A stretch of 64,000 bases of DNA from Octopus sinensis (Eukaryota), in NCBI RefSeq assembly GCF_006345805.1, contig NC_043016.1, positions 8,060,001-8,124,000 of the forward strand, in the 5' to 3' direction. Made by a program: the position numbers and the translations under genes. This document shows positions 50,040-61,100 of the stretch, piece after piece; position 1 is the stretch's first letter; every line of letters begins with the position of its first letter. The notes beneath the pieces were generated by a model. It saw only the letters and a program-made list of their open reading frames with translations. It was not told where the DNA came from and made no database searches.

Positions 50040-50216
50040 CCTGCTGCAAATTCCATAGCTCGCGATACCAGAGGGCGCACGCTCTCCTACCCTGATGTAA
50101 TCTCCAGGGATACAGGCATCCAGCAACAGGACCTCCGTGGTGCTATGATGGACCGTGAGGGCTGGCGTAACATAGTAAATTCCATTGTCTCAACCATGGT
50201 CGAACAATGAATGAAT
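50040..50216 (+). mobile_element. 3' end of an RTE-clade LINE
   Basis: Translates RDTRGRTLSYPDVISRDTGIQQQDLRGAMMDREGWRNIVNSIVSTMVEQ*, matching the RTE C-terminal GR..TY.D....DTG....L..AM.DR..WR..V; short atga tail. Confidence 0.82.
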
Positions 50217-50375
50217 CTCTGCCGCATCCTTCTTATGGTTTTGTTTATATTTTGAAGATGGTTTGGCTGTTATTTAATGGTGACTTGACTGCTATCTCTA
50301 ACATGTTGAGAGACCATGTAGAGGTTTGTCTATATGAAAGGTAGATGGTTGGCCAGGAGAATATAGGTATCCATT

Positions 50376-50438
50376 ATTTACATTCAACGGATATTTGTCC
50401 TCATCTTGTATGTTGACAAATATCCGTCGAATGTAAAT
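50376..50438. repeat. 24-bp inverted repeat hairpin (collapsed TIR element)
   Basis: atttacattcaacggatatttgtc / gacaaatatccgtcgaatgtaaat, 23/24 complementary, 15-nt loop. Confidence 0.8.
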
Positions 50439-50928
50439 ATGTACGTAATTCCTCATCTCTTAAACATAGAACTACAGGTATCCAATGTTGGGACCTTACT
50501 GATGATGATTTATCGTAAGAGGTGATTACGAAGGTATCAGACCATGAAACTTGATATCAGAAAGAGGAACCATGATGAACATGGCTGAAACTGTTGTAGG
50601 AACAATAAGGCCAATCCCTTCTTTATAGGGAAAATAGTTCTAACATTGTTTCACCATTACTGTTTTTTTTTTTCTGTTTTGTAACTTTTGGTTCATATCC
50701 AGATGGCATTAGCTTTCTTAGATTGAGATTGTGTTGCTACAACTTCCAGCTAATTGACGTGTTTCACCAGATCTTCATTTGTTTTCATGTCACACTACAG
50801 CGCTGCATTTTAATGTCCCTTGACCAACAAGTGCTTCTCATGCGATGTTGATTGACAGCACCTAATATTGTTGACTTTAAGTGCAGGAAATCTTTATCAT
50901 ATTTGTCCTTTGTTTCGAAAGATCACTT

Positions 50929-51342
50929 AGGCGCAGGAGTGGCTGTTTGGTAAGTAGCTTGCTAACCAACCACATGGTTCGGGGTTCAGTCCCACTGCGT
51001 GGAATCTTGGGCACGTGTCTTCTGCTATAGCCCCGGGCCGACCAATGCCTTGTGAGTGAATTTGGTAGACGGAAACTGAAAGAAGCCTGTCGTATATATG
51101 TATATATATATAAGTGTGTGTGAATATGTTTGTGTGTCTGTGTTTGTTCCCCTAGCATTGCTTGACAACTGATGCTGGTGTGTTTACGTCCCCGTCACTT
51201 AGCGGTTCGGCAAAAGAGACCGATAGAATAAGTACTGGGCTTACAAAGAATAAGTCCCGGGGTCGATTTGCTCGACTAAAGGCGGTGCTCCTGCATGGCC
51301 GCAGTCAAATGACTGAAACAAGTAAAAAGAGAAAAAGAGTAA
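50929..51342 (+). mobile_element. Family B SINE, full length
   Basis: aggcgcaggagtggctg...gactgaaacaagtaaaaagagaaaaagagtaaagag. Confidence 0.92.
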
Positions 51343-51403
51343 AGAGATTCCATCTCCTTGAGAAGAGCATCACTGTCTTGGTAAATCAGAAATCACGTAA
51401 AGG

Positions 51404-51700
51404 TGCACATGGCTTAGTAGTTAGGGTATTCGACTCATGATCATAAGGTCATGGGTTCAGTTCGCAGCAGCGCATTTTGTCCTTGAGCTTCATTCACACT
51501 GCTCTAGGTCCATTCAGTTGGCAAAAATGAGTGATACCTGTATTTCAAAGGGCCAATCTTGTGACATTCTGTGCCACACTGAATCTCCCTGAGAAGTACA
51601 TAAAGAGTACGTGTGTCTGTGGAGTGCTCGGCCACATGCTTGTTAATTTCACGAGCAGGCTGTTCTGTTGATCAAATCTACTTGAAACCTTGTTATCATA
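51404..51700 (+). mobile_element. Family D SINE (tRNA head + CORE-like)
   Basis: gcacatggcttagtagttagggtattcgactc...gggttcagttc...gtccttgagc. Confidence 0.6.
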
Positions 51701-53082
51701 AATTATAAATTGAAAATCATAACTGCTGCTGCCTATTCTATATGCTCCATGTAACATCACAAGTGAAGAAACTATGGAGATATTCATTGTCACAGATGCA
51801 TATATCTTGGTTCACTTCCTCTTCAGGGTTCTAAGAACTTTTGATCTTGGTTTGCAATTGAATTGGATTATAATGAGCAGGGAGTGCTATTTCAGTGTTA
51901 TGTCACATGACCAACATTACTTGCTTGTCTTTGACTTCCAAGAACAGAGTGGAGATATACCAGGGATGCTGTGTTTTGATCAAGGACATCTGTGTTCCAT
52001 CATGCTCTCAGGTACATGTCTCATAGCAATGTTGCTGGACATTGTCTCTCTGTACATTGAAATTTGATGGCTGGGTTCCCTCCTTGCAATCTACTGTAAA
52101 CACACAGATCCTTATATAAGTAGGGTGGCAATCCCCCGAAGAATTTCAGTCTAAAACTTGTTAGCTACATTGAGTCTAGTTTAACTAACTTACCAATGCC
52201 ATTGCACAAGAAGTGGTGCAGTGTTACATGGAGACTGTTTGCAGAGCCACAGGTGAGAGGGGAGCCAGAGATAGACTTGCTGACTTGAAAAAGGGTTGAA
52301 AGGCTCCCTTGCCAAAGGTATTATCTCTCCCTGACACTCCATACCACTCAATCTTTGTATGTTGTGTCTAGTCTATCATCACCTTGTAGTTGTTAAATTG
52401 CTTAGAAATTTTCTTATGTACTTTTGGCAGAAATCTCTTATCTCTCAGGTGCAACATCAGCCTGTCACTCTGACACCTGTCATCTGGCCAGGTGCACCAT
52501 TAATCACACCTCACACAGTCGACTCCATTACTAAGGGCTATGTTTGAGAAAACTGTCAGTGTTGTCTGTCTGTGTGTGTGTATGTGTGTTTGAGAGTATT
52601 GAATTTAATTCAACTAGGTTACAAGGTTAGTTGTTTGTTAATGGGGCAGAGGTGTAATTGACTGAAATGAACACAAAATATTACTGGTGTACGCACATTT
52701 TTGTCAATCCAGGAAGTTGTAAAAGTTGAAATGGAATGACTTCAGCAGAACTAGGACTCTTTTGCAAGATTATACACAGCATTCAATTCATTCTTCAGTT
52801 TGAGCCAGTGGGCCTGAAACTTACAAATAACTACATCTCTCCCCCATAATACACTTACACACACAAACACTTATGTGCACACACACACACAAATGAGTGA
52901 AATTTTTTACTCTCTTTATTAGCGAAAAGACCAAATACTGTTTGCATCCATATGATTCTTTCTTCAACATGGCGTTGGATGGCTTTGTTAAGCTTAACAC
53001 CATCTTATTTATTTTGATCATTTTCTTACTATATTTCTGTCGAAACACTTTTTAAAAAAAAAAAATTTTTACAATTACAAAT

Positions 53083-53246
53083 AGGCGCAGGAGTGGCTGT
53101 GTGGTAAGTTGCTTGCTTACGAACCACATGGTTCCAGGTTCAGTCCCACTGTGTGGCACCTTAGGCAAGTGTCTTCTACTATAGCCTCGGGCCAACCAAA
53201 ACCTTGTGAGTGGATTTGGTAGACGGAAACTGTAAGAAGCCTGTCG

Positions 53247-53297
<51 letters not shown>

Positions 53298-53515
53298 ATG
53301 CATGTGTATATGTTTGTGCCTGTGTTTGTCTCCACAACATCGCTTGATAACTGATGCTGGTGTGTTTACATCCCCGTAACTTAGCATTTCGGCAAAAGAG
53401 AGACCGATAGAATAAGTACTAGGCTTACAAAGAATAAGTCCTGGGGTCTATGTGCTCGACTAAAGGCGGTGCTCCTGCATGGCCATGGTCAAATGACTGA
53501 AACAAGTAAAAGAGT
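53083..53515 (+). mobile_element. Family B SINE, full length
   Basis: aggcgcaggagtggctgtgtggtaag...gactgaaacaagtaaaagag. Confidence 0.92.
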
Positions 53516-53519
53516 AATT

Positions 53520-54307
53520 AAGTTTGAAAAATAATGAAGAATTTTGTGAAATAAATAAATTTGTCATAATTAAGTTGGTGTTTTAAAACAAAAATCACTT
53601 GAAGTTTTGATGGCAGGTTTTTATTTAGATACATTTTAACCCTTTAGCATTTAAACCGGCCATATCTGGCCAAAATATTCTCTCCTGTTTTATGTTCAAA
53701 TTGGCCCAATCTGGCCTCTCACACCAGCCCTACTATATAATTCTAAAAATGAATAGTTACTTCTTCAAAATCTCAAAGCTACAAGATAATGCAGGATTAA
53801 TTTAAAACAATGTGAATAAATAAGCATTACTTTTGACAGAATAACGCAAATACTAAAGGATTAGAGCAGTGAATTTGTATCATATAAACAAGGAACAGTT
53901 TCAGGAAGATTGGCATCAAATGTCCTCATCAAAACAATTTTTCCCTTCCCTGTTCAATCCTCACTTCCTATAAGAAGCACCGATCTTGGACATTTCTCCA
54001 GGTTGTTTGTGTCCCAGAAAATTAACACCTTTTGTTGTCATATATCTCTTCAAATACACTGTTTCAATTAATATTGAAAATAATGAATTAATATTGTTTC
54101 AATTAATAATGAATTAATGTTGTTTTAATTGATATTGAAAATATAATGAAGAATTTAGAAAAAAAATAACTTTGTCAACATTAAGACGTTGTTTGGAACA
54201 TAAGTTGACCTGAAGTTCTGATGAAAGGTTGTAATCATTTCAAAAACAGGAAGTTGGTATTGTAGAATGAGAGGTGGTTTCATGCTGGCTGGTACCAAAA
54301 CGGTTAG
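53520..54307. mobile_element. Cluster of piggyBac-like MITE copies/fragments (intact one at 53636-53863)
   Basis: ttaaccctttagcatttaaaccggccatatctggcc...tactaaaggattag; flanking pieces homologous to the inner MITE at 2641. Confidence 0.65.
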
Positions 54308-54985
54308 CAGATGTTACACTGCCTGGACCAGTTGTAATTTTGTATATTTAAAACAAATACAACATTTCTTTTTAAAGCTGTTCCTTTTTTTTTCTTCTTT
54401 TGATGACCTGAACTTCCTGATGGTGAACAGTGACTAATCTTTCCAGTAGCAAAAAAGAAAGAAAGAAAGAAAGAAACTAGTCAGGGCCAGGGTCTACCTT
54501 TGCTCTGATATTCCCATGGGCAAGAGAGAGAGAGACATTTACCCAATATGTACCAGGGATTTAGCTACACTTTTATAGACAGACAAGTGACATAAATGGA
54601 TGGCAGACATGTAACTCTGTACACTCTGATTTTGAAGATTAATCTGTACAGACATTAAATAACCAAGAAGGTGTCAAATGGAAGGGAAGTAATTGAAAGA
54701 ACATACTCACACACATGTGTGTACAAGCACACATTCACACATTCTACATCCCTTTCTTCATATATTTGTCTGTTTATGTGCAACATGCCATTCTTTTGTT
54801 GCTCTTTTTTTTCTGATTCTAACATTAACCTCAGTACTGTCTTCTAACAAAATAAAAAGATTGAAGCACATATTTAAACACACATACATTTATACACACA
54901 CGCACCACAGTTACACATTCATATACACATCATGCATGCTTCAATAATGAACTGGGGCATATGAGTAGTAGTTATACATATCTAT

Positions 54986-55287
54986 CATCATCATCATCAT
55001 CGTTTAACGTCCGTTTTCCATGCTAGCATGGGTTGGACGGTTTTGACTGAGGGCTGGCGAACCAGATGGCTGCACCAGGCTTCAATCTTGATCTGGCAGA
55101 GTTTCTACAGCTGGATGTCCTTCCTAACGCCAACCACTCCAAGAGTGTAGTGGGTGCTTTTACGTGCCACCAGCATGGGGCCAGTCAGGCGGCACTGGCA
55201 ACGACCTCGCTCGAATCTTTTACACATGCCACCAGCGCGGGTGCCAGTAAGGCGATGCTGGTAATGATCGCACTCGAATGGTTTTTT
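54986..55287 (-). mobile_element. Family R element
   Basis: (cat)n cgtttaacgtccgttttccatgctagc; very similar to 11262-11620. Confidence 0.88.
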
Positions 55288-55500
55288 TTCGTATATCCAC
55301 ACTTAGAATTTGCATCCCCAGTTTGGAACCTTGATATTCTCCAGATTTTTACTGGAAACTGTTCAAAGGCGTACAACCAGACAAATTCCCTCTGTCAGCC
55401 CACTTACCATATCCTGAATGTACTGTGTCCCTGGAGATTGACACTAAAGTTTCAACATTCAGCAATAGACTCGTTAGAAGCTCGCAAGATTACCCAACAA
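55288..55500 (+). mobile_element. CR1-like LINE ORF2 C-terminal remnant
   Basis: YPHLEFASPVWN, then frameshifted LETVQRRTTRQIPSV, matching PHLEYASPVWNP...LExVQRRATRxIP. Confidence 0.78.
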
Positions 55501-55981
55501 CCTTGGCCACATTTTGTTTTAATTCAATACCTTTAGCAATCATAGCCATGCTTATGAAAATCAAAAAAACACACAGCATCCATAACATTCTGAAGTAACT
55601 TTGTCAACATTAAGACATTGTTCGGAACATGGAATAAACTCTGTGTGGACTCTCCATTAGGACACTACATCCTTTAAAAATTATCTTATTCCTGCAACTT
55701 GCTAACATTCCTGCTGTGCCTATGGACCCTTCCCTCTTTCTAGCTCTTTTGTTGCTTCCCTTTCTGACTTTCTGCTGTTCCATTGTGTCTACTACACATG
55801 TTCTTTTCCGTTTAGTTATCTTCCTTAACTTGATTTCTTTTGGCGCTTTCTGCTCCCCCTCTTCAACTCTGTAGCATTCAGGTTATTCTGTCAATGTACT
55901 ACTACATTATAGAAACCATTTAATATATGCCATTACAAGGAAGAGGGGTAAGTGAGGGTGGAAATGGATGCTTATGACTGT

Positions 55982-56260
55982 ACTCTCTTTTACTTGTTTC
56001 AGTCATTTGACTGCAGCCTTGCTGGAGCACCGCCTTTAGTCGAGCAAATCGACCCTGGGACTTATTCTTTTGTAAGCCCAGTACTTATTCTATCGGTCTC
56101 TTTTTTGCCGAACCGCTAAGTGACAGGGACGTATACACATCAGCATCGGTTGTCCAGCAATGCTAGGAGGGACAATCACAGACACGCAAACATACACACA
56201 CACACTTATATATATATACATATATACGACGGGCTTCTTTCAGTTTCCGTCTATCAAATC
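55982..56260 (-). mobile_element. Family B SINE, 5'-truncated
   Basis: tttacttgtttcagtcatttgactgcagcc...gacgggcttctttcagtttccgtc. Confidence 0.85.
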
Positions 56261-56724
56261 CACTTTATGGATCCCTTTAAGGACAAGGTGAACTTATCCA
56301 AACAAGGATGAGTGAAATATGAGCCAGACAAAAGTACTTGGATCAGTATACTTGACTAAAACCACTGTAGACATTGCTGCAGCATGGCCAACAGTCAAAA
56401 CTGAAACCATTAAACTCAGAACTGAATGAAATGCATTATAGAGTAATAAGCTAAATATTGTAAAGTCTGCTGCTTTCATCCTGACTGAATCAGTGTAAAA
56501 AATTTATTGTTAATTAGTAACAGGTGACTAATGAAAGCCTTCCTGATTAAAATTATTTTGATTTTGATTTTTAACACCATAATTTCTGGAAAAAAAAAAT
56601 GGGAGAATCTTCTATAGCCATATAATTCAAAAGTGGCTTTGATATTCCACTTGTTTCCAGGTTTTATGTTAACATGAAACACCTGAGGCAAAGGTCCTTC
56701 TACTTTATTCTTATGAATGAGACT

Positions 56725-57045
56725 TGATGACAAGCTATTGCAGAAGCCTGGCATGTTTGTATGTATAGGAATCCACCTAGTGGTCATTCCTCTTAGAAGT
56801 ATATATGATTTGTTTATAATGAATCAAATGTTTGTGCTGTACGTTAGCTCTTCCCTCCATCAAATCAACGTTGTCTGCACAGGTGTACAAGTGTGCCACA
56901 TGTCAGATGTTAAAATTATTATAGATCAACGTGGAATGAAGTGTTTTGCTCAAGAACACAGTGCACCACCCAGTCTGGAATTGAACCCACAGCTTGGTAG
57001 TAGTTGTGAGTGGAGCACCTCAACCATTTGGCCATGTGCACGCAC
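56725..57045 (-). mobile_element. Family D SINE (tRNA head + CORE-like)
   Basis: Reverse complement gcacatggccaaatggttgagg...gggttcaattcc...gttcttgagcaaaacacttc. Confidence 0.6.
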
Positions 57046-57821
57046 ACATGTTTATTTCTTTTCTCTCCACTAAAGTCTGATAGTAGGATGCAGAGAAAAG
57101 GGTGGTAGCATCAGGGATGACAATGCCAAAAGGCATTGTTGTGCCAGGTGAGGTGGAGTGAAGATTGATAGGAATAAATACTATAGAGGGAGGGATGACA
57201 AAGGAGGGAGAGAGTGAGGGAAGAATGAAAAAGAAGCAGGAAGAAAGAAAAGTTCATTCAAATACACACACACACACACACTAGCACAAGCATACATGCA
57301 TGCATATGTCATAGATTCTTTGAAAATTCTCCTCCTTCAATTCTGATGTTTTCAAGAAATATCTGTTCTCAATGAAATACATACACACACTAATACGCTC
57401 CCAGACACACGTCAATGCATGCATGCATATTCAGACAGGCCCACTCACATACATGTAGTCATACATAAATGCATATTATGCATACATATTCACTCATTGA
57501 ATGCTGAAAAATCAAAATTAAATGGAAATATCTCATGTCAGAAGTGTTTAAAGTTTTTTTTTTTTGTTTCCATTTATTTTCTGTTTTCTGTTCCAAAAGA
57601 AATCACACAGACACACGCACATGTATGTGTGTGTATTTATATTTCATTTTTATTTGTAGAACTCCAAATAAATAATAGCAAGTAGATTTTGGATTAAAGA
57701 CATTTTGGATTAAAGGCTGCCCATGAGAAGTGAATCCAAATGATTACAATAACACAAATGAGAATACACATGGATTTCAAGTACCAGTCATTTGTCATAT
57801 AGCTTAAGTTTAAATTGCAAT

Positions 57822-57856
<35 letters not shown>

Positions 57857-57974
57857 CATATAAATGGATAAATGAATTATCCTTTGTTTACTGTTAACAT
57901 GGAAAATTCAATAAACAGTTGCCAGAGTAGCAAAATTCATGCAAGTAACAAGGATGTAGCGACAGGTTCTCTTT

Positions 57975-58057
57975 CTTTCCTGATGAGAAGATTGCATTTT
58001 ACACCGTTTATTCCTTTGGAATAAAACCAATGTTGTCATCGAAACATATGTCGAAAG
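57975..58057 (+). ncRNA. Type I hammerhead ribozyme, fully canonical core, 54-nt stem II
   Basis: ctttc CTGATGA (57980-57986) g...c GAAA (58041-58044) c-atat-GTC (cleavage after 58052) gaaag; G10.1-C11.1 present; palindromic stem III acatatgt; apical hairpin tttattcc/ggaataaa. Confidence 0.85.
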
Positions 58058-58089
58058 TAAAAGAATTTGAATAGCATCTGCATTCAACT

Positions 58090-58142
58090 CCATTTATTTA
58101 CTTATACATACATATGTACATATATATATATATGTATGTATT

Positions 58143-58183
<41 letters not shown>

Positions 58184-58250
58184 TATATATATTTATGTAT
58201 ATATATATATATATTATATATATATTATATATATATATATATTATATTAA
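58090..58250. repeat. (TA)n microsatellite between the two hammerhead modules
   Basis: Direct reading. Confidence 0.95.
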
Positions 58251-58380
58251 ATTAGAGATAAAACCACTATTAGGCAAATCAAACAATGAAAAACTTAAGC
58301 CAATACATAAAATTGATTAATTTATATTATTTTAAATATATATCAAAAGTATTAAAAGTTTAATAAAAGATAATGAGTAA

Positions 58381-58453
58381 AACACTACGATCGTTTCATG
58401 GCTGTCCAATTCGTAATAATTCGAGTTATGGTTACAGTCAATCTTCAGGTAAT
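58381..58453 (-). ncRNA. Type I hammerhead ribozyme motif, 44-nt stem II
   Basis: Minus strand: attac CTGAAGA ttgactgt...acagccat GAAA c-gatc-GTA gtgtt; palindromic stem III acgatcgt; stem I weak (3 bp + mismatch + 1 bp). Confidence 0.65.
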
Positions 58454-58535
58454 ATATATATATATATATATATGTATGTATTTATGTATATATATGTATT
58501 ATGTATATATGTATATATATGTATGTATTTATGTC

Positions 58536-58568
<33 letters not shown>

Positions 58569-59128
58569 GTATATTTTTATTTATTGTTTACATAGTTTTT
58601 AATCATATAGTTCATTGGCAGAACTAATTGCGATGAATTCAACTGTTATTGTGGACAAAAATTTTCAAGTAGTTTTGTTTGCAATATCTTATCCATGTGA
58701 ACCAAAGTCCCTTAAACAGTAGAACATAAACTCCACAGGCTTTTCCCACTTCCTTGCCATAGCTCATTACTATAAATAACTTTCACTATATCTATTTATA
58801 TGTGCGTATGAATCATTGTCGTTTCTGACAGCGCAACCTCATCAGTGATTTCATGAAACAATTGTTAGAAAAAATCTTCCAATTAAATAAGCAATTTTTT
58901 TTTTTTCATTGCTTTAAACTCATTAAGGTTTTAAAATGGTTTATTTAAAATTTTCCCCCTTGAATCTAATCCTTTAAAGTATTTTCAATAAAAATTTTTA
59001 ATTATTCTTACTATACACGTATCTCTCAAATATATAAGATGCATGTTATGTTGATGCAAGTATTAAACACCCGTATGAGATAGTTTCTTTTAAACTGTCA
59101 TCATTTTTATGGCACTGGTATACACACA

Positions 59129-60036
59129 AGGCGGTGAGCTGGCAGAAACGTTAGCATGCCGGGTGAAATGCGTAGCCGTATTTCGTCTGTCGCTACGTTC
59201 TGAGTTAAAATTCCGCCGAGGTCGACTTTGCCTCTCATCCTTTCGGGGTCGATAAATTAAGTACCAGTCAAGTACTGGTGTTGATGTAATCGACTTAATC
59301 CGTTTGTCTGTCCTTGTTTATCCTCTCTGTGTTTAGCCCCTTGTGGGTAGTAAAGAAATAGGTATACACACAACCCAAAGGCGGCAAGCTGGTAGAAAGG
59401 TTAGCACGTCGGGCGAAATGCTTAGTGGTATTTCGTTTGCCGTTACGTTCTGAGTTCAAATTCCGCCGAGGTCGACTTTGCCTTTCATCCTCTCGGGGTC
59501 GATAAATTAAGTACCAGTTACTCACTGGGGTCAGTATAATTGACTTAATCCGTTTGTCTGTCCTTGTTTGTCCTCTCTCTATTTAACCCCTTGTGGGTAG
59601 TAAAGAAATAGGTATTTTGTCTGCCGTTACGTTCTGAGTTCAAATTCCGCCGAGGTCGGCTTTGCCTTTCATTCTTTCGGGGTCGATAAATTAAGTATCA
59701 GTTACTCAATGGGGAGGGGTTCGATAAATTAAGTACCAGTTACTCATTGCGGAGGGGGTCGATGTAATCGACTTAATCCATTTGTCTGTCCTTGTTTGTC
59801 CCCTCTGTGTTTAACCCCTTGTGGGTAGTAAAGAAATAGGTATTTCGTCTGCCGTTATGTTCTGAGTTCAAATTCCGCCGAGGTCGACTTTGCCTTTCAT
59901 CCTTTCGGGGTCGATAAATTAAGTACCAGTTACTCACTGGTGGGGGGGGTCGATGTAATCGACTCAATCCGTTTGTGTATCCTTGTTTGTCCCCTCTGTG
60001 TTTAGCCCCTTGTGGGTAAGTAAAGAAATAGAAATA
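59129..60036 (+). mobile_element. Head-to-tail tetramer of family A SINE
   Basis: Units at about 59129-59360, 59377-59610, 59611-59838 and 59839-60036; units 3 and 4 truncated at the same point; ggtatacacacaa at 59117, 59361 and 60037. Confidence 0.92.
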
Positions 60037-60862
60037 GGTATACACACAACCCCTATGTCAATTTGTTTATGTACCCAACCAATTAATCAGTAAGAAAAAG
60101 CTGTTGCTACCCGCATGGTTTGCTAAAAGGTTTCCTTGTTATTTTACTTCATAATTTTCGGTTTTGGGGTTTCCAATTGCCATTAGGCTTGCTATATCTT
60201 CAGACTTATATTGCGTGTGTCTTTTTGCCAATAACACCAATGTAGTTGAGTAGTTTCTGTACTCTTTTAGGGCGTGGCAATCTCCAAATCTAAACCATTC
60301 CTCTCTCTCTCCATTTTGATTCGTTGTTGTCTCCAGTTTCTTTTGGGATCCATCGGAATCTAGTTTGTCAGCATTTTTTTTTTTTCCTTTCCCCAAATTG
60401 TCATTTAAACTCTTCCGATGTGCCTAACCCAGTTTTGTGTTTCCCAACGATTTCATAAATTTAACAACGTTGTTATGTTTGGTTTCGACACTGTACCAAT
60501 TAAATATAACTTTATTATTCTTTCATAATTTTGCATTTCAGTAAATTTCAAGATTTTTTTTTTTCTTTTTGTTTCCCCTTTCCCCCAACTCAGCTGTTTG
60601 TTTGTTTATTATGTTGGGAGATTCTTCCGAAAAATTTAAGATTTTTTTTTTACACACCCACTCTTTATTTGTTATTTTTCAGTCATTTTTGTTTTGGAAC
60701 TTTAAGTTTGAACATCCTTATCTGAGGTATGTTAAATGTTGTTGGGAGTGACCTTAGTGAATCAAGGAAGCATTTTGAGGTTGGTGGGGAGAGAGGTTTT
60801 GGCCTCAAAGCATAGAGAATGTATGTATACGGAACTAAGTCTGTTGTGCTAATTTCATGTGG

Positions 60863-60893
<31 letters not shown>

Positions 60894-61063
60894 GGCATTT
60901 GCTGATATGCTAATTATGCTGTAATTAAAGTCATGAGTGTGGATATGACATGCATGAATTCTTCTAAAAATATATCAACTCTATATCATATTCTTTGTTG
61001 ATGTTTAACCTAAGGTCAGGCCTAATTGAGCAAACACATAATCAAAAGTATACCACTCATTCT

Positions 61064-61100
<37 letters not shown>

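Noticed and set aside
50040-50216. This RTE 3' end as the partner LINE of family R
   Set aside because: Only the ATG/GAT-type tail is similar; no shared 3' sequence is visible.
50495-50605. CTGATGA and later GAAAC motifs
   Set aside because: No complementary stem I or stem III in any pairing tried.
51750-52130. Minus-strand KFQCTERQCPATL as a FLYWCH/MULE zinc-finger relic
   Set aside because: Only a CxxxxCPA match; the remaining motif residues could not be found.
52431-52547. Possible terminal exon (KSLISQVQHQPVTLTPVIWPGAPLITPHTVDSITKGYV*)
   Set aside because: Only an acceptor-like site and a short open frame; no recognisable homology or linked exons.
54414-54486. CTGATGG...GAAAC-ta-GTC motif
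   Set aside because: A9G change, no stem I pairing, and the GAAA comes from a (GAAA)n microsatellite.
58811-58865. Overlapping hammerhead-like fragments: minus aatca-CTGATGA-...-GAAAC-gacaa-tgatt, and plus GAAAC-aatt-GTT
   Set aside because: The minus motif has a good stem I and core but no NUH triplet or stem III; the plus motif lacks CUGANGA. At best a dead relic.
60139-60396. 85-aa minus-strand ORF (MGKGKKK...) and the plus-strand FFWDPSESSL segment
   Set aside because: Non-ATG start in an A-run, no recognised domain, no convincing splice pair.
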